Of a stretch of 16,032 nt of DNA, positions 1 through 8,284 are shown in pieces. A model generated the notes under the pieces. That model worked only from the letters and a program-made list of their open reading frames with translations, was not told the DNA's origin and did no database searches. Position 1 is the first letter of the stretch. Each line of letters opens with the position of its first letter. Source of the DNA: an uncultured Candidatus Saccharibacteria bacterium (GTDB lineage Bacteria; Patescibacteriota; Minisyncoccia; Spechtbacterales; HO2-43-30); the NCBI GenBank assembly GCA_964504205.1, contig CAZDDE010000018.1, positions 1 through 16,032 on the forward strand. The letters run 5' to 3'. A program made the translations under genes and the position numbers.

Positions 1-3
1 TAC

Positions 4-53
4 CTCATAAATCTATTTTACTATGAGGTGGTGCACTTCAAACGTACATTAGC
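4..53 (+). repeat. Left copy of a 50-bp perfect inverted repeat (partner at 15983-16032)
   Basis: ctcataaatctattttactatgaggtggtgcacttcaaacgtacattagc is the exact reverse complement of bases 15983-16032. Confidence 0.95.
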
Positions 54-91
54 ATTGTATTCCGTTTTATACGAAGGGGGAAAGTAACGAG

Positions 92-631
92 ATGAAGGAA
101 GCAAAAAACCGATGGTCTTTTATAACAGAATTCTCCGGCTTATTATGTATAATGCTAGTACTATTTTGGAGTATTGTATGGATACTGCCTAATAAGTGGT
201 TTGGATTCGACAGCGTACTTGATTCGCGCGTCATATATTACGCAGTGGCTACGGGAATTATCCTAATAGCGCTGTGTGTTATTAACCGTTATAGTCATCA
301 CAGGGCTTTGTTACTACTGAGCGATGAAGAAAGAGAGAGCGTACTTAAAAGAGAAAGGCAGGAAAAGGAAAAAAATCGGGCACGGGAAAAATTATTCTGG
401 AAACACCTTGTGCTTCCAGTGATTATACTTCTAGTAATGAGTGCTATTGCACTTACTCTTCTTAGACTGCTCTCCTTCGATGCTGACAGTGCGCCGCACC
501 ATCTTGTAACATTAACGACAAGTATATTGCTTAGCTTCATTCTTATAAAAGCATTTCTGGTTCTTTATTTGAACGAGGACTTAGTTGCTGGGGAAAATTT
601 TCTAAAAAAATTGTTCCGCCGAAACAAATAA
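92..631 (+). CDS. Hypothetical multi-pass membrane protein
   Basis: ORF of 179 aa with hydrophobic segments (FSGLLCIMLVLFWSIVWILP, VIYYAVATGIILIALCVI, HLVLPVIILLVMSAIALTLLRLL, LTTSILLSFILIKAFLVLYL); purine-rich gaaggggg upstream; hairpin terminator just downstream. Confidence 0.75.
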   Translation: MKEAKNRWSFITEFSGLLCIMLVLFWSIVWILPNKWFGFDSVLDSRVIYYAVATGIILIALCVINRYSHHRALLLLSDEERESVLKRERQEKEKNRAREKLFWKHLVLPVIILLVMSAIALTLLRLLSFDADSAPHHLVTLTTSILLSFILIKAFLVLYLNEDLVAGENFLKKLFRRNK

Positions 632-644
632 TCCAGAGGCCTTC

Positions 645-670
645 ACTCGCACTATCATGGTGCGAGTTTA
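645..670 (+). terminator. Hairpin terminator of the 92-631 gene, overlapping the 3' end of the convergent gene
   Basis: actcgcac-tatcatg-gtgcgagt followed by TTTA; 8-bp perfect stem. Confidence 0.6.
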
Positions 671-2169
671 TTGTTTATGACATTCCCAACCAACCCCAAC
701 GTTATCCAAAACATCAACCCTCCTTGCTGAAGCGTCAAGAAATAATGGTCATACATGGAAATAAATAGTAAATAAAAAGCAACAAATAGCAGACTGTACG
801 CATATACAAAACTAAGACGATCGTCTGACTTTTGCATATGAGTTGTTATATGTATTATATTGGGAAAATACGTCCACAAAACTTTTAACAAATGCTCCAG
901 GAGCAAGGCAACGAATAAGACGAATGCAAAAAATCCTAGCGTGCCTACTTCGCTCGCAATGAGTATAAAGATGTTGTGGACCGGCTGGTAAAGATATTCC
1001 GGCAGGCCGGGTTCTATTTGCTTAAAGTTATGCACGAAATTTCCTATCCCCATGCCAAAGAGGGCGTGCATGGGGTCTTGACGCACAGATTCTATGCCGA
1101 CTTTATTAAAGAAGAATCTCTCCTGAATTGCCGGCTCGTCATAAGAACTGCGAAGAAACCGCGACGACACTTCTGGCCAAGCCGTGGCAATAACCAATAG
1201 CCAAGATAGAATAAGCAAACCTACAAGGATTTTTGCCCTTTTTCTGTATTGATGAAACTGCTTTAGTAAAAACATCCCCGCAAGAAACAGAGCTGATATT
1301 AAAACAAGAAATATTATGGTGCCGCGGGAAAAAGTTAAGATCAACCCAAAAGTTAAAAGGGAAATACTAATCACATACACCGAAAAGAGAAAGGGGTCAG
1401 ACCATTTTTGCTCCACGCAAGGGGGAGACCTCTTCAACCCCCCTATTTTAAAAACTAATGACTCCCCCTTGAAATCGCAAAAATGGTCTGACCCCTTTCT
1501 CTTGATGCGTCCTTCAATAACAACCAAATAAAACAAAAACAGTAAACACAATCCCAAAAACCCCGCCAGCACATTCGGGCTTGGGAAAGTGCCGTACGCG
1601 CGGACGAGAAAAGAGCCATCTGCGCTCATGATATGCGCGACTCCTTTCATGTGTATCGCAAGAGTGCTTTCATGAAAAATTTCGAGGCCAAGCGACGATT
1701 GTTTGGCAAATTGCAGAATAGCAATGATTGACTGAAAAACTCCACTGGCAACAAAGGCCCAAAGTGTAGCGATAAGCCCTATACGTCCTATATATCTTAT
1801 TGTATAGAAAAACAAAAAAATAAACTCGGCCAATTTTATAAATCTGTACACGCCCACATTTATCAAATCTGCCTGCGTTAAGGAGACAAATGAAAAAAAT
1901 AATAGCGCAAGCAATGGCGCGGTAAGAGCAAGGCCCCTCCACCCCGCGGGGTGGAGGGGCCTTTTTAGTTCTTCGGGCACCCGCAGAAACCTCGCTATAA
2001 TAAAAATCGCCAGCGCCGCAATCAAAAAATCCGTAAAGTAGATAAATCCCGACCCCCACTCAAAAAAATTTTCCCCTTCCGCCGCTGGCCCAAACAAAAA
2101 ATGCCTTTTTTGAAAAGGAATCGAAAAAATCAGCGTAAGAAAAACAAATTTTTCTAGCTTCTCGAACAT
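655..2169 (-). CDS. O-antigen ligase / Wzy-like polytopic membrane protein
   Basis: 504 aa, many TM segments, LLTFGLILTFSRGTIIFL motif typical of O-antigen ligase family, late VHNIFILIASEVGTLGFFAFVLF segment; contains two palindromic insertions (1385-1503, 1930-1963). Confidence 0.88.
   Translation of the reverse strand: MFEKLEKFVFLTLIFSIPFQKRHFLFGPAAEGENFFEWGSGFIYFTDFLIAALAIFIIARFLRVPEELKRPLHPAGWRGLALTAPLLALLFFSFVSLTQADLINVGVYRFIKLAEFIFLFFYTIRYIGRIGLIATLWAFVASGVFQSIIAILQFAKQSSLGLEIFHESTLAIHMKGVAHIMSADGSFLVRAYGTFPSPNVLAGFLGLCLLFLFYLVVIEGRIKRKGSDHFCDFKGESLVFKIGGLKRSPPCVEQKWSDPFLFSVYVISISLLTFGLILTFSRGTIIFLVLISALFLAGMFLLKQFHQYRKRAKILVGLLILSWLLVIATAWPEVSSRFLRSSYDEPAIQERFFFNKVGIESVRQDPMHALFGMGIGNFVHNFKQIEPGLPEYLYQPVHNIFILIASEVGTLGFFAFVLFVALLLEHLLKVLWTYFPNIIHITTHMQKSDDRLSFVYAYSLLFVAFYLLFISMYDHYFLTLQQGGLMFWITLGLVGNVINNKLAP
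1385..1503. repeat. Palindromic (REP/MITE-like) element inside the O-antigen-ligase-like ORF
   Basis: Perfect 27-bp arms aagagaaaggggtcagaccatttttgc (1385-1411) and gcaaaaatggtctgacccctttctctt (1477-1503); nested inverted repeat caagggggag (1418-1427) / ctcccccttg (1462-1471). Confidence 0.9.
1930..1963. repeat. Perfect 34-nt GC-rich palindrome inside the same ORF
   Basis: aaggcccctccaccccgcggggtggaggggcctt is self-complementary over its full length. Confidence 0.95.
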
Positions 2170-2996
2170 TAAATCCTATTCCCCTCCGTATACAAATTAA
2201 ACTCTTCCTGCTTTACAATCAGCACATCCTTCCAATCGTATCCCATCTCCAGAAACTTTTCCGCCGTGGTTATCCAGTGTTTTGCGCCGTCGGGATCAAC
2301 GCTAAACACTTTGTAATCGTCAAAGCGGCGAATGAGACGATAATATTGCGGTTTTGTCGCTAGATATTCACTAAGCGTCAAGCCGCTTTCATGCCATTCT
2401 CTAGCCGTATCCTTGCCGATATAGCGAAAGTGCCACGGCTCATAGACATAGCCGGTTGTCTCTTCTTGGCCCTTCGGATAACTCATCGCAAAACCATAGC
2501 TCCAGGCATTTTCCGCAAGCCATTTACCCTGCGCGGTGTCCGCAAATTTCCAATTCAAATCTGTTTTTCTGTCGCCAGTTCCAAAATCTATAGTTGTTCC
2601 GAGCTGATGTTCGGAATGCCCAGCTTCAGCAGAGTACGTGTTGGCGTTGGGATCGCGAGCCGACCAGTACCCGAAAACTTGTTTCTGCTGTTCATAACTG
2701 CGATAAGCCGAAATAATCTTGAGCGGCGCGCCGGCTGATTCAGCATCACCCATCATTATCTGCAGGTGCTCGTAGACCTCTTGGCGTATGGACTGCCCTT
2801 TTGCGCCAAGTTGAGCAAGATCAACTAAGTCTTCTGGCGCGTATCGCTCAACAGAATTGTCTTTATTTATTAAATTTAACAAATAACTACCGTCGCGAAG
2901 AATCTTGGCGAGAAAATCGCCGCCTCCTGATGAAAAGTAAAACACCGCGACAATCGCCGCAACAATCAAGAAACTCGAAAAAATCCGCCCCCTCAT
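2169..2996 (-). CDS. D-alanyl-D-alanine carboxypeptidase, peptidase M15 / VanY family, N-terminal membrane anchor
   Basis: SEHQLGTTIDFG and EPWHFRYIG zinc/active-site motifs; N-terminal hydrophobic segment IFSSFLIVAAIVAVFYF; TAATG stop/start overlap with the downstream gene. Confidence 0.92.
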   Translation of the reverse strand: MRGRIFSSFLIVAAIVAVFYFSSGGGDFLAKILRDGSYLLNLINKDNSVERYAPEDLVDLAQLGAKGQSIRQEVYEHLQIMMGDAESAGAPLKIISAYRSYEQQKQVFGYWSARDPNANTYSAEAGHSEHQLGTTIDFGTGDRKTDLNWKFADTAQGKWLAENAWSYGFAMSYPKGQEETTGYVYEPWHFRYIGKDTAREWHESGLTLSEYLATKPQYYRLIRRFDDYKVFSVDPDGAKHWITTAEKFLEMGYDWKDVLIVKQEEFNLYTEGNRI

Positions 2997-3502
2997 AGAA
3001 ACCTGACTATTATAACAGCCGCACTCTCTTCTTTCGACCAGATCACTTCACTTTTGCACCCCTTGTATGCCCTCTCGGCCTGCCTGGCGATATTGCGCGC
3101 CAACTGATTCTCTGTCGTCAGTACCTCTATTCTTGATTCTTGATTCTTGATTGTAATTATCCGGTCCATCGGATCTCTCTCAAATTCTTTCTTGCCAGTG
3201 TTTTCGACATTGCGCACAATCTCATCGCGCAACTCTTCTGGCACATTCTCAAAAACAACCTTGCCTTCGAATTTATTGTCCTTGATCATCTGGCACGCCG
3301 GGCAAATCGCAAAATTAACCAGTTTGTTCTCGGTTAAGTGCTTATAGTCCGCAAAGCCATGATGCCAACTCTTTTGATAGTACACCGCATTGCAGTCGCC
3401 ACAGACCACAAAATCCTTCCTGCCCTTGCTAAACTCCTGCTCTTCCTTCTTTGATTTTTCAATTTTTTTCCGGTAAGTCCCGGAAACAGCATTGTCCTTC
3501 AT
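2993..3502 (-). CDS. Zinc-binding protein with two CxxC motifs (NMD3-like / BCAM0308-like appearance)
   Basis: CGDCNAVYY...CPACQMI; C-terminal ITIKNQESRIEVLTTENQLARNIARQAERAYKG; 4-nt overlaps with both neighbours. Confidence 0.6.
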   Translation of the reverse strand: MKDNAVSGTYRKKIEKSKKEEQEFSKGRKDFVVCGDCNAVYYQKSWHHGFADYKHLTENKLVNFAICPACQMIKDNKFEGKVVFENVPEELRDEIVRNVENTGKKEFERDPMDRIITIKNQESRIEVLTTENQLARNIARQAERAYKGCKSEVIWSKEESAAVIIVRFL

Positions 3503-4647
3503 AGCAAAGTTATTATCTCATAAATACCGCCCAGTGCAAAAACGACAATAAGCGCCAAGATAACGAACCTTGGCAAACCCAGCGCGTACCCCGGCTCTTT
3601 ATCTCCCAAGACCCGCGCTTTTTGATATACCAACAGAGTAAAAATAAAAATAATCGCGCCAAAAACCGCGCCGGAAAACGAAATAATTTCAATAAATTTT
3701 TGGAACCCCAAAACAAAAAACGCAATGGGCACAGCCGTAACCAAAATCCCCGAAACGACCTTGTTTATTCGCCAATCGTATTCAAAAGTATGTTTCAGGT
3801 TACTCCCCAAAGCAAGATAGGAAGTTATAATCGCCAGCATGCCGAAAATCGCCCCAATCTTAACAATGCCCGGCCCAAGATGACTACTTAATCCCGCCAA
3901 GGCCTCTTCAGATGTGCCGACTCCGGAAACCCCGATCACTAAGGACATAAAAACAAAGTAGACAAAAATGGGAATGATTGTGCCCAAAATAATGGCGCGC
4001 TTGTAATTTTTTCCATCCAGTTTTAAAAGTTCGCGCATCTCCGGCACGGCGACTCCGCCGTCCATCGCAAAAATGATGACGCCGTACGGCAGAAAGAAAC
4101 TCGCTAAATTAAACCCGGAAAAATTTTCTGTGTTCACCTCTTTGATGCCAAGGGTAAATAAAACCCCTGTCAACAAAAGAAGCAAAGCGGCCATGCCAAG
4201 CTCCACTGCCCCGATCGTTTTTATGCCGCGCAGAATAAACGGCGAAATTACCGCCCAAAAAATCAAGCTCAAAGTAAAAGCGCCAATAGTATCGGCAAAG
4301 ATTAGTTCTAAGAATCTTCCGGCTACTATTATGTAGGCGAGCAGGGCCGCGTATATCGCAAAAATTATAATGGCGCCGATTGCCTGCTTGGCCCGCATGC
4401 CAAGATACTTCTCGATATAACCAGTCAGACGGTGTTTTCCTTTTGTGCGTTCAACTATTTCGCCAATAACAAGATGCACCAGTATCATCACTCCGCCAAG
4501 AAAAACGAGATAGATCGCGCCAACAAAAAAACCCGCCTTGCTAGCGGCGTACGGTATGCCAAACATCCCAAGACCAACAATCGTTCCCATCAAAGTTGCA
4601 ACAGCGAAAAGAAAATTTTTATTCATCTCCCCTTCTATCTTCTTCAA
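3499..4647 (-). CDS. Aromatic amino acid permease-like transporter (tryptophan/tyrosine permease family)
   Basis: 382 aa with about 11 TM segments; N-terminal NFLFAVATLMGTIVGLGMFGIPYAASKAGF characteristic of this family. Confidence 0.82.
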   Translation of the reverse strand: MKKIEGEMNKNFLFAVATLMGTIVGLGMFGIPYAASKAGFFVGAIYLVFLGGVMILVHLVIGEIVERTKGKHRLTGYIEKYLGMRAKQAIGAIIIFAIYAALLAYIIVAGRFLELIFADTIGAFTLSLIFWAVISPFILRGIKTIGAVELGMAALLLLLTGVLFTLGIKEVNTENFSGFNLASFFLPYGVIIFAMDGGVAVPEMRELLKLDGKNYKRAIILGTIIPIFVYFVFMSLVIGVSGVGTSEEALAGLSSHLGPGIVKIGAIFGMLAIITSYLALGSNLKHTFEYDWRINKVVSGILVTAVPIAFFVLGFQKFIEIISFSGAVFGAIIFIFTLLVYQKARVLGDKEPGYALGLPRFVILALIVVFALGGIYEIITLL

Positions 4648-5182
4648 TTAGCTTCAGGGCTTTTCCGATTAAAGCTTTGGGGGAGGTGTCATAGACGATC
4701 CTTCCGGGGCCGCGGTGCATTTTAGGAATAAGCTCTTCAATCATATCGGCCGTACCGCCGCTCCCCTGGAGCACGCCGATCGGCTTTTCGTCTTCAAAGG
4801 CAATCGTAAACTCGTTGAGCGTGCCCATTCTGCCGCAACAAAACACGATGGCATCCGCGGCTCTTGTCAAAAGCAAATTTCTGCCGGAGTAACTAAAGCC
4901 AGTGTAAATAATCAAGTCAAAGTAATCAGTCGGCAGACGGTATTTATTCACGTGTTCTTTCACCGAACTTGCCGGAGACAAGCCAATCGAGATGCCCCCC
5001 TCCTCTTTTGCACCGATCGCCGCCCAGTACGGTACTCCTGTCGTCGCGCCTGTTACAAGAACCGCCCCTTGCCGCACAATCTCTCTGCCAAGTTCCTTGG
5101 CAAGCTCAAGAACATTTTCGTCGCAATGACTCGTCTCCGCCGCCCCGGAAACGCAAATTTTATACTTTGGAGTATAGGCCAT
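4619..5182 (-). CDS. LOG family / SLOG-like Rossmann-fold protein
   Basis: KICVSGAAETSHCDE, AVLVTGATTGVPYWAAIGAKEEGG, GRMGTLNEFTIAFEDEKPIGVL motifs. Confidence 0.8.
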   Translation of the reverse strand: MAYTPKYKICVSGAAETSHCDENVLELAKELGREIVRQGAVLVTGATTGVPYWAAIGAKEEGGISIGLSPASSVKEHVNKYRLPTDYFDLIIYTGFSYSGRNLLLTRAADAIVFCCGRMGTLNEFTIAFEDEKPIGVLQGSGGTADMIEELIPKMHRGPGRIVYDTSPKALIGKALKLIEEDRRGDE

Positions 5183-5204
5183 ATTTCAATAATACCATAA
5201 ATAG

Positions 5205-6593
5205 TTATAGTTCTATACTCTCCCCAAGCATCGGCGCATAAGCGTCTATACCCAAATGATCGCGCAGAAGCTGGACTAGTGCCAACGCCGGACCTTCCTC
5301 GCCTTGCACAACGAATACTTTTTTGAGGTCGCCTCCTTCCTTGATATGTTTTACCCATTTACGCAACTGCTCCTGATCGGCATGCGCCGAGTATCCGCCG
5401 ATAGCGCGCACCTCGCAATTGACAGACACCTCCTCGCCAAAAATTTTGACGTTTTTTGCGCCGTCAAAAATTCTTCGGCCTAAAGTGCCTGCCACCTGAT
5501 AGCCGATAAATAAAATGGTGCTGTTGGGATCTTGAAGATAACGTAGCTCATGATGCATGATCCTGCCGCCGGTGGACATACCCGATCCGGCAATTATCAC
5601 CTTGGGCGGCGGCACATCATTTATTGCCTTTGATTCTTCGGTGCTAAGAGTAAATTTTAGTCGCGGGAACTGAAAAATCTTATCGCCCGATTCTATAAGA
5701 TAAGTCGCTTCTTTGTTAAAATAACCCGGATATTTTCTATAAATTTCAGTGCTTTTAATCGCAAGGGGACTATCTATAAATACCGGTACTTCCGGAATCC
5801 GGTGGTTTTCCGCCAGTGAGTTTAGTTCGTATAAAAGTTCCTGCGTTCTCTCCATAGCAAAGGACGGAATCATTAACGTGCCACCTCTTGTCACTGTGTC
5901 TTCTATCGCATCTTCTAATAAATTCTTGCGCAAATCTATATCTTCATGCTGCCTATCGCCATAAGTTGATTCCATCACCACATAATCGGCTTGCTTAACC
6001 AAAGTCGTTGGCCGCAGCAACGGCACCGGCGGATTGCCCAGATCTCCGGAAAAGACAACTCTAGTTTCGCGTTGTTGGTTGTCGACTGTGGACTGCTTGC
6101 TGATAAAAACTTCTACAATTGCCGAACCGAGTATATGCCCGGCGTCGCGAAAACGCACCCTAATATCTTCCGTCACCTCAATCTCTTTGTCATACTCGAT
6201 ACACGCGGTAAAACCAAGCGCATTTAAAACATCTTTTTTTGTATAGAGCGGCTTTCTCTTTTCGCGCTTAGCTTCATCGGCCATGAGTTCTTGCGAATCT
6301 TCCAGCATAATTTTAGTGAAATCGCATGTTGGCGCAGTCATGAAAATTTTTCCGCGAAAACCATCCTTAACAAGTTTGGGCAAGCGGCCAATGTGGTCAA
6401 TATGGGCATGCGTCACAAAAACAGCATCTATTGATGATGCCTCATAAGCAAATGGTTCGTAATTTTTTTCTTCGGCATGCCGCGCGCCTTGAATTAGGCC
6501 GCAATCAACCAGAACCCTGGACTTTTTAGTTTCTAACAAGTAATTTGCTCCGGTGACCGAGCGCGCAGCGCTGTGAAAAGTAAGAGTTGGCAT
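5205..6593 (-). CDS. MBL-fold metallo-hydrolase with beta-CASP / RNA-specificity domain
   Basis: THAHIDHIG, YGDRQH, IPSFAMERTQELLY, DSPLA, GSGMSTGGRIMHH, VRAIGGYSAHADQEQL motifs; 462 aa. Confidence 0.93.
   Translation of the reverse strand: MPTLTFHSAARSVTGANYLLETKKSRVLVDCGLIQGARHAEEKNYEPFAYEASSIDAVFVTHAHIDHIGRLPKLVKDGFRGKIFMTAPTCDFTKIMLEDSQELMADEAKREKRKPLYTKKDVLNALGFTACIEYDKEIEVTEDIRVRFRDAGHILGSAIVEVFISKQSTVDNQQRETRVVFSGDLGNPPVPLLRPTTLVKQADYVVMESTYGDRQHEDIDLRKNLLEDAIEDTVTRGGTLMIPSFAMERTQELLYELNSLAENHRIPEVPVFIDSPLAIKSTEIYRKYPGYFNKEATYLIESGDKIFQFPRLKFTLSTEESKAINDVPPPKVIIAGSGMSTGGRIMHHELRYLQDPNSTILFIGYQVAGTLGRRIFDGAKNVKIFGEEVSVNCEVRAIGGYSAHADQEQLRKWVKHIKEGGDLKKVFVVQGEEGPALALVQLLRDHLGIDAYAPMLGESIEL
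6071..6095 (-). repeat. Heptad-type short repeat track inside the MBL gene
   Basis: Minus strand CAGTCCA CAGTCGA CAACCAA CAAC; degenerate 7-nt periodicity. Confidence 0.5.
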
Positions 6594-6633
6594 AATCTCA
6601 CTATATCATAATGCTCTTTATCAAGAAGTAAAG

Positions 6634-6666
6634 TTGCCTTTGCTTAATCTGATAGATGTATATAAT
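6634..6666 (+). promoter_or_regulatory. Candidate promoter of the phosphatase gene
   Basis: Exact TATAAT at 6661-6666; TTGCTT (6640-6645) or TTGCCT (6634-6639) upstream, spacing not ideal (15 or 21 nt); ATG 10 nt after the -10 box. Confidence 0.4.
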
Positions 6667-6675
6667 AAAAACAAG

Positions 6676-7245
6676 ATGAATTTACCAAAATATCTATTAT
6701 ACGTAAGAAAAGAGCTTGCGCGAAGAATGCGAACAAACATTATTGTCCCATGGATGCTTCCTGAAACTCGCTTAAGATTTTTTGAAGTTGAACCAGGAAT
6801 TTGCTATAGATCGGGACAACCGCGACCAAAAGATCTATCGTATCTTTTACATAAATATAAACTTAGATCGTTTGTAGTCGCTAAGTCCGAAGTTAACGAT
6901 TACGAAACAAGATTCGCGGAATTAAAAAACATAAATATACTTCACCTCAAATTTAAAAGAGATTTTTTAAGGTTTAAACATATCGTGCCTCCAGAAAAAG
7001 CTATTGGTGAATTTATAGAGTCGGCAAAATATATGCGGGGCAACATGCAGCCCTTCATAATCCATTGCAGGCGAGGGAAAGACCGAACGGGTTTACTTGT
7101 CGCTCTGTATAGAATTGAGGTCCAGGGATGGCATCCCGAACTTGCCTGGGAAGAGATGCGCTATTTTGGCCATGCAGCCTTTGTAAATGGAAACTCTTAT
7201 TTTAGAAAATGGCTAGAAGCGCGATATAGTATCAAATTGGCTTAA
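6676..7245 (+). CDS. Tyrosine / dual-specificity protein phosphatase-like protein
   Basis: HCRRGKDRTGLL matches the HCx5R(S/T) PTP loop; ATG at 6676 preferred over the TTG at 6634. Confidence 0.85.
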   Translation: MNLPKYLLYVRKELARRMRTNIIVPWMLPETRLRFFEVEPGICYRSGQPRPKDLSYLLHKYKLRSFVVAKSEVNDYETRFAELKNINILHLKFKRDFLRFKHIVPPEKAIGEFIESAKYMRGNMQPFIIHCRRGKDRTGLLVALYRIEVQGWHPELAWEEMRYFGHAAFVNGNSYFRKWLEARYSIKLA

Positions 7246-7343
7246 TTAGAGTATTTTCCAGTCAAGATAAGAAACTGTTTCAAGTCATCTTTGTCCATAG
7301 TTCTGATGTTGACGATTATTTTTATGCCAATGAAAAATTTGCT

Positions 7344-8099
7344 TTACTCTCTGCTTTTCTTAATGCTATCTAAATAAATATCCAACGATCTCTCTACGGC
7401 ATCATATATAATGCCGTAATAATCCTCCATCTCTCCTTTCGTTTGTCCTGTTTCCAAAGAATTTAGATAGTCTTTGCGATCTTCTTTCCTGATAATTGCC
7501 GGCGGATAGCCAGACTGCTGGAGCAGTACGTTCATCAAGAGGCGCGCCGTTCTGCCGTTGCCATCTGCAAATGGATGGATGCTTACAAACTTAAAGTGCG
7601 TATCCGCGGCTATTTTTACGGAATGATCGCTGTTTTTGCTGTGCAGCCATTCTATAAGACCGCTCATAAGCTCCGGAACCTTTAACGGATTAGGCATTAT
7701 TGCCATAGAGCCGGCAATACGCACGGCGACACTTCTGTATTTTCCGGCATTTTTATCATCTATTTTTTGCAAAATAATTCTATGAATATCTAAAATAATG
7801 TTTTCAGAAATATCCTGTCTTTTTTTATCAACAAGACTTTTTATAAAATCCACGGCTCGGGCATGATTCTTTGCCTCAAGGTGCTCTTCGATAGTCTTTC
7901 CTTCAACGGTGATATCCTTTTCAATAACAAGCGCTGTTTCCTGTCGGGAAAGAGTATTGCCTTCGATGGCATTGCTCGTGTAAGTGAGCTCAACCTTAAA
8001 CCACTCATCAAGATTTTTAATAAGCTCTTCAGGCAACGGTCTTGCCGCATCAAGCTTTCGTTTTTTCTCGGTAAGTTGTCTTAATTTACCATCAGACAT
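7344..8099 (-). CDS. Fic family protein (AMPylase-like) with N-terminal inhibitory motif
   Basis: HPFADGNGRTAR matches HPFx(D/E)GNGRxxR; TYTSNAIEGNTLS carries an (S/T)xxxE(G/N)-type inhibitory motif. Confidence 0.92.
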   Translation of the reverse strand: MSDGKLRQLTEKKRKLDAARPLPEELIKNLDEWFKVELTYTSNAIEGNTLSRQETALVIEKDITVEGKTIEEHLEAKNHARAVDFIKSLVDKKRQDISENIILDIHRIILQKIDDKNAGKYRSVAVRIAGSMAIMPNPLKVPELMSGLIEWLHSKNSDHSVKIAADTHFKFVSIHPFADGNGRTARLLMNVLLQQSGYPPAIIRKEDRKDYLNSLETGQTKGEMEDYYGIIYDAVERSLDIYLDSIKKSRE

Positions 8100-8214
8100 G
8101 TTTTATTCATAGCATAAATATCATCATTACACACGTAATTGCGAGTTTAATTACCATTACTGTTTTGCTTGTAAATTAGTGTCTGCTCAGTTTTGCACTC
8201 TTAGAATTCCGGGT

Positions 8215-8281
8215 TTATTACTCGCTAGCCGCGCGAGCTTCGTCCCGCGACGCGGGACTCGCTCTTGCGGGCGAGTAATAA
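8215..8281. repeat. Long imperfect palindrome (REP-like or bidirectional hairpin)
   Basis: 11-bp arms ttattactcgc (8215-8225) / gcgagtaataa (8271-8281); inner gtcccgc[gac]gcgggac; intermediate gcgag/ctcgc. Confidence 0.85.
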
Positions 8282-8284
8282 AAA

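Noticed and set aside
6634-6675. TTG-initiated N-terminal extension of the phosphatase (MPLLNLIDVYNKNK)
   Set aside because: It would place the TATAAT box inside the coding region; the ATG at 6676 is more plausible.
8215-8281. CRISPR repeat
   Set aside because: Single copy with no regularly spaced repeats or cas genes in the window.
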